DNA of 64,000 nucleotides from Octopus bimaculoides (GCF_001194135.2 NC_068995.1:50619610-50683609), one strand, 5' to 3'. Positions 40,966 to 55,010 are shown, counted from the first letter of the stretch. The notes: generated by a model from the sequence alone, not told the origin. Translations and numbers: made by a program.

Positions 40966-41391
40966 CACGCACATGCATACATTATATGGATAAAGATGTA
41001 GATCAATGTATGTATCCCACTTGTATAGAAACACAAACATACTGACATCAAGACAAGGAAATATTGTTCTGCTGAAAGAAAATATGGTTATGAATAATTG
41101 ATATTTCCCCAACAATTTCTTGACTCAATAAAAGAACCGAAAAACATGAAACTGTTTAAAATTATTTATAAGACTCAAGTGCTTTCATAAATGTACCTAA
41201 TTAATACAACTATTTCACCGAGATAAGCCAAGGTTGAAGTAATGTTTTGTTAATAATGGGGAAGCTAACAAAACACACAATAAATAAAATAAAATAAACA
41301 CCACTCAAACTAAATATTCATAGGGAGTTTCTATACAGTTCCCCAACCTGCTAGAAATAGCAGCCAATGTATTAACACACCACTGTCTTAA

Positions 41392-41560
41392 CCCTTTAGT
41401 ATTTAAACAAGCTACATCTGGCCCAAATATGCTACTTGCTTTATGTTCCAACTGGCCAGATCTGGCCTCTCACACCAACCCTACAAAATTTTTCTGAAAA
41501 TTAACAGTTACCTCATCGACATTTCAGAGCTATAAGATAATGCATGATTAATCCAAAACA
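41392..41560. mobile_element. Family 1 MITE, truncated, inserted at TTAA within repeat F
   Basis: CTAGAAATAGCAGCCAA...CTGTC-TTAA-CCCTTTAGTATTTAAAC. Confidence 0.8.
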
Positions 41561-41605
41561 AGCTTTACTTTTGACAGAATAATGTGGACACTAAAGGGTT
41601 TCCCA

Positions 41606-41935
41606 TGCCGACCTACACTTCCATGTTTGCATGGGCCAGATCAAATTTGTTAAGGCAGATTTGCTCTTCTTGTTGCCAACTCTCACCTGTTGCCAAACAA
41701 GGTCATATTTTCCCTATTCTAGACATTGCTTTTAACAGAAGAGTGAAAACAAACAACACTGCTTGTATGACACACACCAGGTTTCTTTCAGTTTCCATCT
41801 ACAAAATCCACTTGCATGGCTTTGGTCAGCCCAGAACTATAGCAGAAGACACCTGCCCAAGGAACCACACAGTGGGACTGAACCCAGAACCATATGATTG
41901 GGAAACACCTTCAAACCACACAGCCATGCCTACAT
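41606..41935 (-). mobile_element. SINE family A2
   Basis: Same tail and head arrangement as 40460-40837. Confidence 0.85.
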
Positions 41936-42150
41936 GGATTTTTTTTTTATGATTTCGCTAATATTAGACAAATTCTATTATAGAACCTGAGAACTGTAGA
42001 TATCCCAACATTAGACTAGAACCAGTACACATTCCAACATTGAAAATCAGAAACTAAATCCTAATGTGTTTAGTTTCCTATTTCTGAACAATAAACTTTC
42101 AATAACACCACAGAACTTGTATGTACTCTGGTAAATAAATATAGCTAAGT

Positions 42151-42197
<47 letters not shown>

Positions 42198-43046
42198 GTG
42201 GCAGCAGCAGCTAATGGAATACTTACTGCATACTTGTAAATGAAGCTTATTAGAAATCTTGTCTATGAAGGTTTTAAACAACAATCTCTGGTACTTTGTT
42301 GTTTCAATTCAATACATGTTTACATTGTCATTTCAAAAACACTTTACTGTTATTGACAGACAATGAAAAGTGTTGTTATTGCTGTTTGAAAAGTGTCTCA
42401 AAAACAAAAAGCACATACAAACTCTTCGCTTACCAAAAATAGTGCTGACTGACACAAGGATATTTTCAAAAAACTGAATGCAAGCAAAATATGAAATAAA
42501 AACAAGATACATGGGTATTTAACTATGCTAAACAACTGTTCCAAACAGTACAAACTTCATGTTCAACGGTATTAGTGTTATGACCTGATCAATTTGGTTG
42601 AACAATAATTCTAATTTCATTTCATGATGTTGCCATTGTTGCTGTTGTTCAAGGCGACTTATGACCGAAGGTATATCCCCTGACCGTCCAGCCTCCTTTC
42701 TTCAGTAATGGTGTATCTAAGACTACATTAGCCAATATTTCCATTCTTTTATATAAGAGGAAGGTTTGATAAAAAAAGTAACTTGACTGCTTTTTCTGGC
42801 AGGTCAAATAACTGTCGAGAGGCTCCACTTTGGGCTTTGACATTCACTTCATCACTGAAGTGCTTTACAAGAAGATGGCCATCTAGCTCTAAGAATTCTT
42901 CCTACAATAATTCCTGTATTTTATTGCAGAACAAGGAAAAGTTATATCTATTTCTAGGCTTTATTTGTTTGAAGCAATTGACATTGTCCACTCACTAGGT
43001 TTTCATATTTTCAACAAAAAAAACAAAAAAAAAAGTATGGTAGGCA

Positions 43047-43445
43047 CAGATTTGGCTGTGTGGTAAGAAGCTTGCTTCCCAACCACATGGTTCCAGGTTC
43101 AATCTCACTACATGACACCTTGGGCCAACCAAAGCCTTGGGAATAGATTTGAAAGAAGAAGCCCATCGTGTGTGTGTGTTTATGTATGTATATAAATATA
43201 CATATATATATATTTATGTCTGTGTATGTGTTTGTCCCCCCTGCCATCGCTTGACAACCGATGATGGTGTGTTGATGTTGCTGTAACTTAGCAGTTTGGC
43301 CAAACAGACCAACAGAATAAGTGCTAGGCTTACAAAGAATAAGTCCTGGGGGGGGGGGTCGATTTCTTCAACTAAAACCCTTTAAGGCAGTGCTCCAGCA
43401 TGACCACAGTCAAATGACTGAAACGAGTAAAAGAACAAAAGAACC
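43047..43445 (+). mobile_element. SINE family A
   Basis: GGCTGTGTGGTAAGAAGCTTGCTTCCCAACCACATGG...CAAATGACTGAAACGAGTAAAAGAAC. Confidence 0.9.
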
Positions 43446-44007
43446 CTTCTCTAACTGGTAGCTATTTCTAGCAGGTTCAACAACCACTAGGCTTCCCAGT
43501 TGACTTATGTGCTGAAGAAGGGATGTGTAAATGTGTGTACTGGGGTGACAGTGTGCCTATGTGAGTGACTGAAGTGTGTAAGAAACCACATACCAACTTA
43601 TAAACTTTTTTGTCCAATGCTTTTTCCTTTAATTATATTTTTAACATGTTATTCTTATCAAGCTTTCAATGTCAAGATAAATTGCTGGAGAATAAGACGT
43701 GTAGGTGCACCAAGTCCATGGTTTGGTTACAATTCCCTGTTGCAACTAATTCCTTTAAGAAACTAATTATCCCTCATTAACTAGTTATCACCAATTATCA
43801 CTAATTCTTTTGAAAAAGAGTGAATGTCACAATTCCCATTTCTCTCTGAACTAATAACATTCTGTTTCATGTCGGTTTAGCAAAAAGAACAGAGAAACCA
43901 TGTCAATGTCACTGTGTAACCAACTACAGACAGACAGACATAAGCCTTTGAAGGAACCTCTGTGTAGCCATAAAACCTGCTAGAAACAGCAGCCAAATCT
44001 TGCTCAA

Positions 44008-44228
44008 CCCTTTAGTATTTAAACCGGCCCTTATCTGGTCCAAATAGTCCACTTGTTTTATGTTGAAAGTAGCCAGATCTGGCTTCTCATGCTAACCCTA
44101 CAATGTCATTCTAAAAATAAACAACCACATCATGGAGGTCTCAATTCTTTGAGATGATACATGATTAATTCAAAACACGGTAAATAAATAAACATTACAT
44201 CTGGTAGCGGAACCTGAATGCTAAGGGG
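44008..44228. mobile_element. Family 1 MITE, complete, splitting repeat F (43958-44335)
   Basis: TCAA-CCCTTTAGT ... GCTAAGGGG-TTAA; F sequence resumes on both sides. Confidence 0.85.
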
Positions 44229-45929
44229 TTAAATCGCATCCAACCATCTTCAAAAAATAAGGATGGCATGGTAAAAGACAACACAAAATCTAAATAAGAA
44301 AAAACTGGATGGTCAGACTGGAATGATAACAGTGGAAAAAGAGAAAAGTGACAGTTGGAGCATGTTGGCAAGTGACTTCATGCTCAAAAAGCACTGAGCC
44401 TGGGTTTAAACAACAACAACCACCCTCCACCACACATGTTGACATTGACCCCAACACACAACCTCTCAACACACACAAACTTCCTCCTTCTTCACTCCAT
44501 CCCCCACTTCACCTAGTTGTTCCAGAAATCTTCAGTTAGTTCAAGTCCCTGCTTATCATTAAGTAAACAACCACCATATTAGCAGTTCCTTGACAACATT
44601 CTTAATCTTGTGCTTAGCAACAACCATAGAACAAAACGACCTAAGTAGAAGGCGCACAACCATTGAAGAACACATTAACCAGACATTAGTGGCTACGCAA
44701 GAACAACATCAACAATTACCGCTTTAATACACATCTAAAACAACATTAAGATACATCTATTTTTATGATTCATTCTAGAAACTCTTAAATATTTCCATCA
44801 CATAAAAAATTAAAACAAAGCAAAAATTCTTTAAATAAAATAAATAAATTACATTATCTAATTGTTAATATTCAATTATCGTCATAGGATGCAGTTAGCA
44901 ACTTGTGGGAGACTTCACAAGATTGCTACTATCTCAGGGTTAAAGTGGAAATCACCAAAGCACTATTACCATTTGATTTCTTTAGCAAAAATCCTTAACT
45001 TGGCCAGAATTATGATGATGGCAGAAATAATTTATATTGATTCTCTCATGGGAATATTAACCATCTTTAGATCCTTCTTTCAATTAGTCTATTTCAGGCT
45101 ATGATTCTCCATAGACAGCCATTTCAAAAATGTTTCTCAAAAACCACAATGGGCTTGGATGTATGATAGAACTTACTGAAATCTTTTGTTCTTAGTAAAC
45201 CGTTTTATTATGATCCAAACTTTTTCAATTGTATATGAGTTTAATCATTTTTATAGATAAAGTCCTTAAGGATTCTTCTATGTGAATAAAACAGTTTAAC
45301 ACGTAGGGTAGTGAAATTTTGTACAATTCCTACATTGGCAATTCTACAAAAACAATCTTTTCAGATTCAAATGTTATTTTTGGCAGAAAGGTACCCCAAC
45401 TTTGAAAATTATTTTTATAATTGCCTGAGAGAAAGAGTAGTTAATAACAATATAATATAATTTTCTTGACAGCAGACCTCATCTGTAGCGTGAGTATTTA
45501 TAATATTTATCACAGTGCATTATATTTCTATCATTCTGATTTCTGATCATCATCATCACCATCAAGTATCTTATTCCTGGGTCTCACACCATATTCAAAC
45601 TAAGAACTTCAACGTGGATCTGTAGGTAAGGACACAACTAATTTAAGCAAAGCAAAACATCATATGAAGAGTATCCATATAAATGAGAAATTTTGGTTTT
45701 GAATTATGACAGCAAGTAAGTCTTTGAAGCAAACTATAAGATATTCATTGTATCTCAGAATTCTTTTTAAATAACAGATTTTAAAACTTCAAAATTCCAG
45801 TAATGATTTGGCACAATTGTCAACCCTCTGAACAAGACAAGTTGTTTTATAAACCATATTAATTTAATCACTGTCAAAGAAACAAAAAAAAAAATAATTA
45901 TGCATAAACCAATGAAGTAGATTCTACAC

Positions 45930-46180
45930 CAGTAGTTCTCAACCATTTTCTACCGATGGGCCCTTCGATTCCTATTTTACTCAAGTGGACCCTCATAAAT
46001 ATTCAAAGTTTTAAAAATTCTTATAATTCTATTCTTAAACATTATTAGGAATCGCATAAAAAACGTTAACATGTTTTGTGCAATGTCGAGAAGTTTAACC
46101 AATTTATTTCACATAAATTTTAACAACAAAATCTTATATGGATCGTCAAGGATCATGCAGATCCCAGTTGAGAACCACTA
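45930..46180. mobile_element. hAT/Charlie-type MITE (single ends also at about 10530, 18100 and 50193)
   Basis: TIRs CAGTAGTTCTCAACC and CAGTTGAGAACCACTA; flanks TTCTACAC and TTCTAATT resemble the NTCTAGAN target; GTCTAGAC follows the 18100 end. Confidence 0.75.
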
Positions 46181-47289
46181 TTCTAATTGGTTGTACAACC
46201 TGTTAGAAACAGCAGCTAAATCTCTCTTCTCTCTCATTCTATCTTGAATAATGACATGTCAGATATTGCACATAGATCTAGATACTCATAAAAAAATGAG
46301 AAGCTTATGGTTGGATAGCTTTTGATCAAAGATCTACTCCTTCCGAAAAGTAACATCTATAATTCTTAACTCCATACATTAGTATTTTGTGAAAAATTTA
46401 CCTTAAAACATGAATATCATTTAAAACCAAACACCAAAAAAAAAAAAAAAAAAAAAAAAATCAAAATTAAAAACAAAAACACAGACAGATGTAGTCATAG
46501 AAACATCTTAACTTTAATGTTTTGTCTGTTGAGGATGCTATGGAGATGATGGTGGTAATTTGGAACACTTTAAATGTAGACTTTGCAATAAATATGTCCC
46601 CCCTTCGTAGACAGGGTGTTGCTTCTTTGTTGGAACATTGAGAAATTTGAATAAACCTTGGGAATCATTCCTCGAAAATAACAGGATATGATGCTCAAAA
46701 CTGACGGAAATTAAATAAGACTGAGATGATGTGAATCTCACAAAACAGGAAAACTGTCCTAAGAGGAGTGTATGTATCTATTTACAGGCATATACAAACA
46801 TCTATTTATAAATATATATATATATATATATATACACAAACACACATGTACATGTAATAAACTTGACCTCTGAGCATAAGCTATTTTTTACTTGCAGATT
46901 ATATGAACTTGAAACTAGGTCAGCTTTGGTCCAAAGCTGACCTAATTTCTCCAACTGACTGCTTTCATTGTTATTTAAGATCAGGATTCATTCACCTTAT
47001 CCTCACACAAACCGTTATTCAACAACATAATGCAAAGCAACTAACTAAAATGCAATCAAAACTTAAAACTGACAGCTCATTTACATACTGTTAAAAGGCT
47101 GACAAACAGACAGACAGGTAGAAAGACAGACAAGTAGAAAGACAGACAGACAGACAGACAGATAGATACATAGATAGATAGACAGACAGACAGAGACAAA
47201 TATATAGCTTATATCTATATGCATTGAGGTTCCCCATGAAAAAGGCCCCACAGATAAGGAAATAGTTTATAGGTTCCTATCACATATAT

Positions 47290-47640
47290 AGCGACAATGG
47301 CAACGATGGCAATTCTCCATCTTTTGGCACTGAGGATTCACTTGCACGATCACCTGAATTACCTGCTCCTGAATTAGTTCCTAAGTGGCCAAGTATTCCA
47401 CAGACAGGTGCAGCCTTAACGTAATCTGTAAGCAGGATCAATATGACGCACTGAGCGCCAAGACAGTACCTTCGAATCAACCTGTCACTGCACATTCCTG
47501 TGGGAACAGTCAAGTCGGGTAGCCAGGCCCACATGATGCAGGTCTGTGAATTTAAGCAGGACACAAGACTGCGCACTGTCTCATAGTTAGCACGAACAAT
47601 ATCATCTTGCTCAACTGGGACGGAGATTTACTCTCAAGTT
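47290..47640 (-). mobile_element. Old GC-richer retroposon 3' segment (B-type SINE or LINE tail)
   Basis: TACGTTAAGGCTGCACCTGTCTGTGG...GGCCACTT...GAGCAGG matches a SINE tail I recall from octopus; weak match to the 39120 tail (ACGTTAA). Confidence 0.5.
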
Positions 47641-48744
47641 AGGGTTGACATAGACTAAACAGAAAAGAGACAGTAAATATTTATTCCAACAATTTGTCTA
47701 CACACACTATACTGTTGGACAGTCAAATCCAAATATATACTATACTGAAACACATGATATGTAAAACAGCTAAGAATATTCACGTTATCACAATTTTATT
47801 TTTTGTGTATTTTTGTCACGCATGAATATGCATATTCTTATTGAAATGAATTCTTTGAAATGTTTTTGCAAAATTAATTGAAATAAATGCAATAAAATAT
47901 AAATAAACAAAACAATGTTGTATTAGTGTATACACACATGACATGTCTTTAACAATGCTGTCTTTGAATTGATGTGGCAAAAGACATTAAAAGATACCTA
48001 AAGTCATACACAGTTACTGCATTGTGTCTACATAATTTTTAGTCCATGAGAACTCTCATAGAAACCATTTAATATATTCATGACATTTCACAATAAAAAT
48101 TATATTTTATCCATGTTCATATTTTCAATTAGGAACAGATGGAGATACAGAGGACAACAATGTAAATCTAAGACAAAAACCTGATATCTTCCAAATATCA
48201 GTACTTTTTATCACAATGCATTGCATTTTATGGGTATCTAAACTACATTGTAATATGGTAGGATATAATGTGAAGATCTGGCTGCTATTTCTAGCAGGTT
48301 GAGTTAGACACTTTCTTGCTGCCACATGGGCAATTGTCTTCTACCCTAGGCTCAGCTTAACCAAAAGCTTTGTGACAGAAATTCAACTGACGGACAAACC
48401 CAGTGTAAGAGCCCACCAGAAAGATCATTCATGTTTATGGGTAGGAGATTTAATCCCTTGGTATTCAAGCTGGCCATAGCATATGCGTGTCTCTCTAATG
48501 ATTTTGTCTGGTTGTCTTCTGTTTGTAATGTCTATTTATAATATCCTCTTTATTTATCATCTGAAGTTGCTGCAGTCTCCTGGAGTTTGTACAATATGGT
48601 CTGTTGCAAATTTCATATACGTAAAAAAAAAATTGTCAGCTCAGTACTCTAACCAAATAAAACACTTGCCAATTTCTTGTAGCAATCCACAGCATCTTAA
48701 TGACATGTTCTACCTTGGTGTCAATTTCAGTTACATACTCTTTA

Positions 48745-48836
48745 TATGGCTATGCAGTTAAGAGCGTTACTTCCCAACCACATGGTTTCAGGTTCAGTCT
48801 TACTGCATGGCACCCTGGGTAAGTGTCTTCTATAAC
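48745..48836 (+). mobile_element. SINE family A head fragment
   Basis: TTCCCAACCACATGGTTTCAGGTTCAGTC...GCACCCTGGGTAAGTGTCTTC. Confidence 0.8.
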
Positions 48837-49440
48837 TGTCTTTCTGTCTCCTTCCTTTTCCAATTTTTCATGATCTTTCTTCCTCTTTTTCTTCCCATCC
48901 AAAAGAATATTGAAAATGTTATCACCATTAATTTACTCCATTCCCCCAAGCATCAATCTAATAAATAATATTGACTGTGGACTTATTTCATCTTTTAGAG
49001 TTTTTTTTAATATATATATTTTAGTTTCACCACACACACACACACATACACATCACAAATGTATATTACTTATAAGGTGACCACCACTTTAAGAAAATTA
49101 AAAAAAAGGACTAGAGTTAAACTCAAGTTTTATATAGTTGAACAAAAAAAACGGATTTACAACTATCTGGATAGGGCATCAGTCTATCAAAGACAACATT
49201 CTGAGGTGATCTGGGACAACCTATTCCTGCCTTATAGCAAATTGAAACAAGGTGAAATGAGTTAACATAAAATTGTTGAAAAACAATAAAATACCAGCTG
49301 AAGATTTGAACATGCCATTCATGAGTCATTGAGTATTTGCTTAAGTCAAGAATTTAGTTACATGTTTCTGTATCCCAAGGGAGAAGGCATAAACCCCCCC
49401 CCCCCCTCATTCTTTGAGACAGGGTGCATCAAAATAAGTG

Positions 49441-49637
49441 TGAGGAGGTGCTGAAAAGTTCCTGGCTTTGGGTAAAAGAAAATACAGGAGGATCAACATA
49501 TTCTCCTTTCAGATTCACACACTAATTGCAGTGGTCCTTCAGTTTTCCTAAGACCTCTAAAAGAACTCAGAAAGTTGGGCCTCCAGCCAGGCTTTTCGTG
49601 ATACCCTTAAAGCCAGGAACTTTTCAGCACCTCCTCA
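49441..49637. mobile_element. Tc1/mariner-type MITE
   Basis: Perfect 29-bp TIR TGAGGAGGTGCTGAAAAGTTCCTGGCTTT (49441-49469) and its reverse complement (49609-49637); TA duplication not intact. Confidence 0.85.
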
Positions 49638-51039
49638 AATAAGACAAATATTGAAATCAATTAAATCAACTATACATACTCTTCTCCATAATGTGTGTCC
49701 TTGAACGAAATATGTTAGAAAGCTTTACTAAGTCAATAGAATGACGAAACAAGAATATTTAAAATAGTTGCACATACTGAATAGTAAACAGTGAAATGGC
49801 AAAACAAAACAGAAATACTGCATATACGATAGAACAATATATGACAAAACACAATAATAACATTACTGGCAACAATACAAGGAGGAAATAGAATCTAGAG
49901 GAGGAGTGCTTTAAAAAAACGATTCAATGTTCTGGTAGGTCTTGTCAAAAACACAAAAATCTGTCCATTTAAATTAAAAGACAGAATATTAGTTGTGGTA
50001 TTAAATGTAAGACTCTCATTAAATATTTAAGTGGACTCTGAAGGTTACACAAAATATTTGGCCAATTAGTGTCCTATTACTAATAATTAAAGGAAAAACA
50101 AGTTACACTCCCACATATATATATATACACACACATGCATATACACAGCCTGTCTTTACTCGAGCTAAAAATATAGTCTAAAGCAGTGGTACTCGACCAT
50201 TCATTTTTGCATAGAGACCCCCTTTTGACTCCATCGGCTGTTTCTGAACTCAGAACATGAAGACAGATGAAATGCCTCTAAGCATTTTGCCTGGAATGCT
50301 ATCAAACAACAACAACAAACCAAGATTCTTCTAAGCTTTTACAAGTTTACTGTTTGTATAACATTATTAATATATCTGTCACTGTATGATGTTTATTAGT
50401 ATTCTGATGTCTGGTTATAAACAAGTTATAAATCGTTAGCCCTTTGTATCCAGGAACCAAAACTAAGTGAAAATTAGCATAGAAACCATTGAACCATTGA
50501 AGTTTGAACTACATGTACAAGAGTGTATACAGAGTATGGGAAGTGGAGAGGGAGGTTGGAGGTGGTTATTAACAATGGGAGGTAGAATCATGTTTACATA
50601 AAACATTACCATCTGGTCTCCAGATGCCTGAGAGAGCGGGTGGCGGGGAGTAGTAGTAGTAGTAGTTGTCGTTGTTGTTGTTTAGCCCCAGTACAGCCAT
50701 AATTGATGAGAACTAAAATCAATAGCATTCCAACAAGCTACATGGTTAAGAAGCTCGCTTTTGCAACCACATGGTTTTGGGTTCAGTCCCACCACATGTA
50801 ACTTTTAACATCTTTAATGACCTTCTTTTTTAAGATTACGAGCACCACGATACTCTTCTCTGGAACAATGAAAATAAAATATAACAACGACAAAGATTTC
50901 TATAACATGACTGCACATGTTTCTAGAGGAGGGCAACATAATTGATTAAACCAAGCCCCTAGTATAGTTATTACAAATTGATTATTTTACTGATCCTAAC
51001 CAAAGGATTAAAAGCATAACATTAATAACAATAAAGAAC

Positions 51040-51450
51040 GGTTTCAAATTTTGGCACAAGGCCAACAATTTTAGGGTAAGGGTAAATCAATTACATCTAC
51101 CCCAGTACTCAACTGGTACTTATTTAATCAACCCTGAAAGGATGAAAGGCAAAGTTGACCTCAGCAGAATTTGAACTCAGAACATAAAAACAGGTGAAAT
51201 ACTACTAATTATTTTGTCAGGGATGTTAACAATCCTGCCAGCTCGCCACCTTAATTATTGATAACGATAAATAATAAATTGTAACAATGTCACAGACACA
51301 TTTAAATTAGTGGAGTGTATACTGATACGTATTTTCAACCCTAAAGGAATAAAATGCAGAACTGACCTCAGTGGGTTTTGAAACAAGAACACTGAGATAT
51401 GTAACTGGATACATAAAAATCTTCCAGTTTAACGCTCCACTGACAGACCA
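51040..51450 (-). mobile_element. Two tandem family C SINEs
   Basis: TTTCAAATTTTGGCACAAGGCC...GGATGAAAGGCAAAGTTGACCTCAGCAGAATTTGAACTCAG; second copy at 51310-51450. Confidence 0.85.
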
Positions 51451-52716
51451 TGACATATTTATGGCTCTTATAGTTTCCATATTGACCAATATTGACCAAC
51501 ACTCAAGTAATTAGTATTAAGTGGAATTAATGTTAATGGCAACACAGTAGCAACACTGACAGTTAAGATGTACATTTGTTACAGCTTTTAATGGAAAGAG
51601 AAACTTGCTGAATAATACATTAATACGTAAGTTGGCAATGTGGACCTACTGCCACAAGAGTCAGATGTGATTATTGATTTCTTTAATCACATTGGTTAAC
51701 ACATACTCTCTCTCTCACACACACACATTCATGATGAAGATGAATGTATGTGTACAATCATGGTCTTAAGACAATACTTGCATGAGACATCTTACGACAG
51801 AACGACTGTAACAAATCTGCTGAGAGAAATTTATTTACTTGCTAGACTGTTGTTGAAATTTCTGTTAATTAGGATGGTTTGTTGAGACTAGCAAGCTAAG
51901 AAAGTGAATAAGCATCAAAGACACCAGTTACTATAACTGGCCAAAATAATCAAGTAACCATGTTGGTATAGATATGTGATGAAAATTACTGGGGGGTTTT
52001 TTAATGGGAAGTAGATTAGTAAAATTGTTACATCAGACAAAATGCTTCGTGGTATTTCTGCTGGTTCTTTACATTCCAAGTTCAAATCATACTGAATCTA
52101 ATCCTTAGCTTTCATCTCTCCAAGTCGATAAAATAAAATACCAGTCAAACACTAGATAGATTAAATTGACTAAGCCCAATCCTTCAAATTTCAGGCCTTA
52201 TACCCCTTTTTTTTTTTTAGCAGAAACAAAGTTTTTTAGTTCTTTTTTTACATGGCTTAATCAGAAGGGTAAGGGTAGTACCCATGACCTATACAGGACC
52301 TCTGAATCAATCTGGTGGGGTTTCTTACTCCCAAAGCTTGATTCCATCCAAGGGACCATGAGGTGGGATCAAATACAGACATATGATTATGAAAAAATTT
52401 TCTTAACCACATGGCCATGCATGGAAATTGAAAATTAAGAAAAAGAAAAATGTCTAAGAGCACAATTTAGTTAACCAGAGAAATATTAAAAAAATAATGA
52501 CAAGCTATTTTATGTCATGAGTATCTACATTTGGAGTAGCTATTGAACCTTTTGAAATCAGAAGCATATTACCATCTCATTACATTTAATACAAAAATAA
52601 TAGATGAACAAAAAAAATCTTTGCAAAAATATCTTGTTCCAAAGGAAACTAACAATGATATAAATATGATTTTGGTTATGCATACTGAATTCTTATTGGG
52701 TTAATTTCAACATTAA

Positions 52717-52920
52717 CCCTTTAGCCTTTAAATCAGCCCAAATATTCTACCTGTTTTACATTCAAACTGGCCAGATCTGGTCTCTCACACCAATCCGACA
52801 TTGTCATCCCCAAAATAAACAATCATATCATCGAAATCTCTAAGCTGTGAGATAATGCAGGATTAATTCAAATCAATGTGAATAAACAATCATTATATTT
52901 GACAGAGTAATCTGAACGGT
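52717..52920. mobile_element. Family 1 MITE
   Basis: TTAA-CCCTTTAGCC...GACAGAGTAATCTGAAC-GG-TTAA; right TIR eroded. Confidence 0.8.
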
Positions 52921-53834
52921 TAATATTCTTAATGAAAGATACTGTCTATATATTCTGTCTACTGTCTATATATTCTGTCTACTGTCTATATTCAAGCAAC
53001 AAACTTTAACCATTTCTATGTCCAGATGTGGTCTTTGCTTTATCCATTGTAAGAACAATATACCACTAAACTAGAACTAGTAACAATGGACTGGAACTTG
53101 AAAAACTGAACCCAAGACTAAGAGACTATTGATAAGAAAAGCTTAATTTGATAATCTATAGAAGCACTGCCAACAACTTTAGACCTGAAAACAATAAATA
53201 ACCAAAATAGTAATTCAGAAACAGATCCAAAACATTGCACGACAAATTTAAAATCCTTCAAAAATCGACCGTGTAACCAATATAGTTCAGTTTCCCCTGG
53301 CGTGCCATTTATCAGCAAAACGATTTCATAAATAAACAATTCACCATCCAAATTGCCCTCTACTTTCTCTCATGGTGACAAAATTATTAAAATATCCTCA
53401 AAAGAACTATTTGTAATATTTATGAAGACTTATGGTCTTCTGATTCCCAACTGATTAACACAAAATGCTATTCAGTGTGATATCTACCGCTTGACATAAT
53501 ATATTCATCAATATTTATAACCGATGACTCGGTTCTAAGATCAGAATTTTGTGTCAACTTTATACTTTTGCTTTCTTTCTTTTAGTTGGTAAAATAAACA
53601 CCAGTTTATTAATACTATATAATGTTAGTAAATCCTTTTTCCATACTTCAGTATTTCACCGAGTTATAAGTCAACTTTATCCCTTGTCAGAGTATATATG
53701 TAGGTTTATTAACAATTGAAATTTAAATTTATACTGGCATTTATTTCTCGTTTGTTTGAATAAATGACCACCTAAATTTAAAGTTTAAAGAAAGGCTTAA
53801 TGAAAATGTTAATTCCCACTTGAAACCCTTCAAA

Positions 53835-54190
53835 TCATCAACATCATCATCATTTATTGGCCAGTTTGACATGATCTGATGAGCCCAAAAACTGAACTGT
53901 GCTCCAGTGTCTGTTTTGCATGGTTTCTATGGCCAGAGTCCCTTTCTAACACCACCCACTTTACTGTGTGTACTGGGTACTTTTTTCGTGCCACCAGTAT
54001 TAGTGAAGTCACCATGCTGCTTGCAAGACTATGTACCTTGAATGGGCAGAGGAAAATTTATACTAGGAGAACAAGAGGTAGAGAGGTGTAGAGTATATAT
54101 ATACGACAGACTTCTTCCAATTTCCATCCACCAAATCCAGCCACAAGTAATTGGTCAACCCAGAGCTACAGTAGAAGAAACCTTCCCAAA
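53835..54190 (-). mobile_element. Family D SINE followed by an A-head fragment
   Basis: (CAT)n, ATGGTTTCTATGGCC...TTTTTCGTGCCACCAG; then CTTCTTCCAATTTCCATCCACCAAATCC. Confidence 0.65.
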
Positions 54191-54838
54191 TCATACAAAA
54201 TGAAAATCGTTATTCAGATATGAAAAAGTGTTATTAGCAATAAATAGGGTTACTAAAAATACAGATGAAAGGAATGTGATATTTATTAAAAAGTAATCAT
54301 GTATCAGAGAAAGATGAAGGAATAGAAACAGAGAAAGGAGAGAGAACCCATATGAAAGAGAACTTGAAGCTGGATCCTATAAATTGAATAATGGTGCATA
54401 TTTAGTAAATCTGGAGATTAAGAAAGAAAAGAAAATATTTTCTACCTGTAATGGTCCACAAACACACACATGCACTTAATATACAGTATTAGTATTGCAA
54501 TCTTCACATTGACCAATGGTCTATTAAACCGCTAACTGAACAGGAATATTTTTTAAAATCTCACCCAATAAAAAAAAGGCTTTACCATTAAGAAACATTC
54601 ATTGGTTTATGTATTTTGCTAAATCCATCTTGAAGACTTTGATTTCTTATTTCAGCAGAAAGTCACAAAGTCATAGGATATCTTTCCCAGTATATTACAG
54701 GTATTTGTTTTATCAATTGTAGAGCCCCTATTATTTCAAATCCCTCTTGAAGACATTGATTTTTAACAGACGCAGAAAGACAGAAGCTTATAGGAAAGGT
54801 TCATAATTAATTGAAAGCATATCAGATAAAATGCTTCA

Positions 54839-55010
54839 TTACCCTTTAGTGCGGAAAGCAGTTTTATACACCAGTCTACCATTTGTTGAGGAATGGTCAA
54901 GTTTACTGAGGCAACCTGACTTGCAGAAAATACCAATCCTATTTTTTGGTAGATATTTAACATTATTACTTGAATAAACATGAAATTTAATTTTACAGTT
55001 AAAGAGTTAA
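54839..55010. mobile_element. piggyBac-like MITE, family 3
   Basis: TTACCCTTTAGTGCGG ... CAGTTAAAGAGTTAA; homologous to 37389-37606. Confidence 0.65.

Noticed and set aside
42760-42985. Minus frame EEFLELDGHLLVKHFSDEVNVKAQSG...
   Set aside because: In-frame stop just upstream, weak splice sites, runs into repeat F
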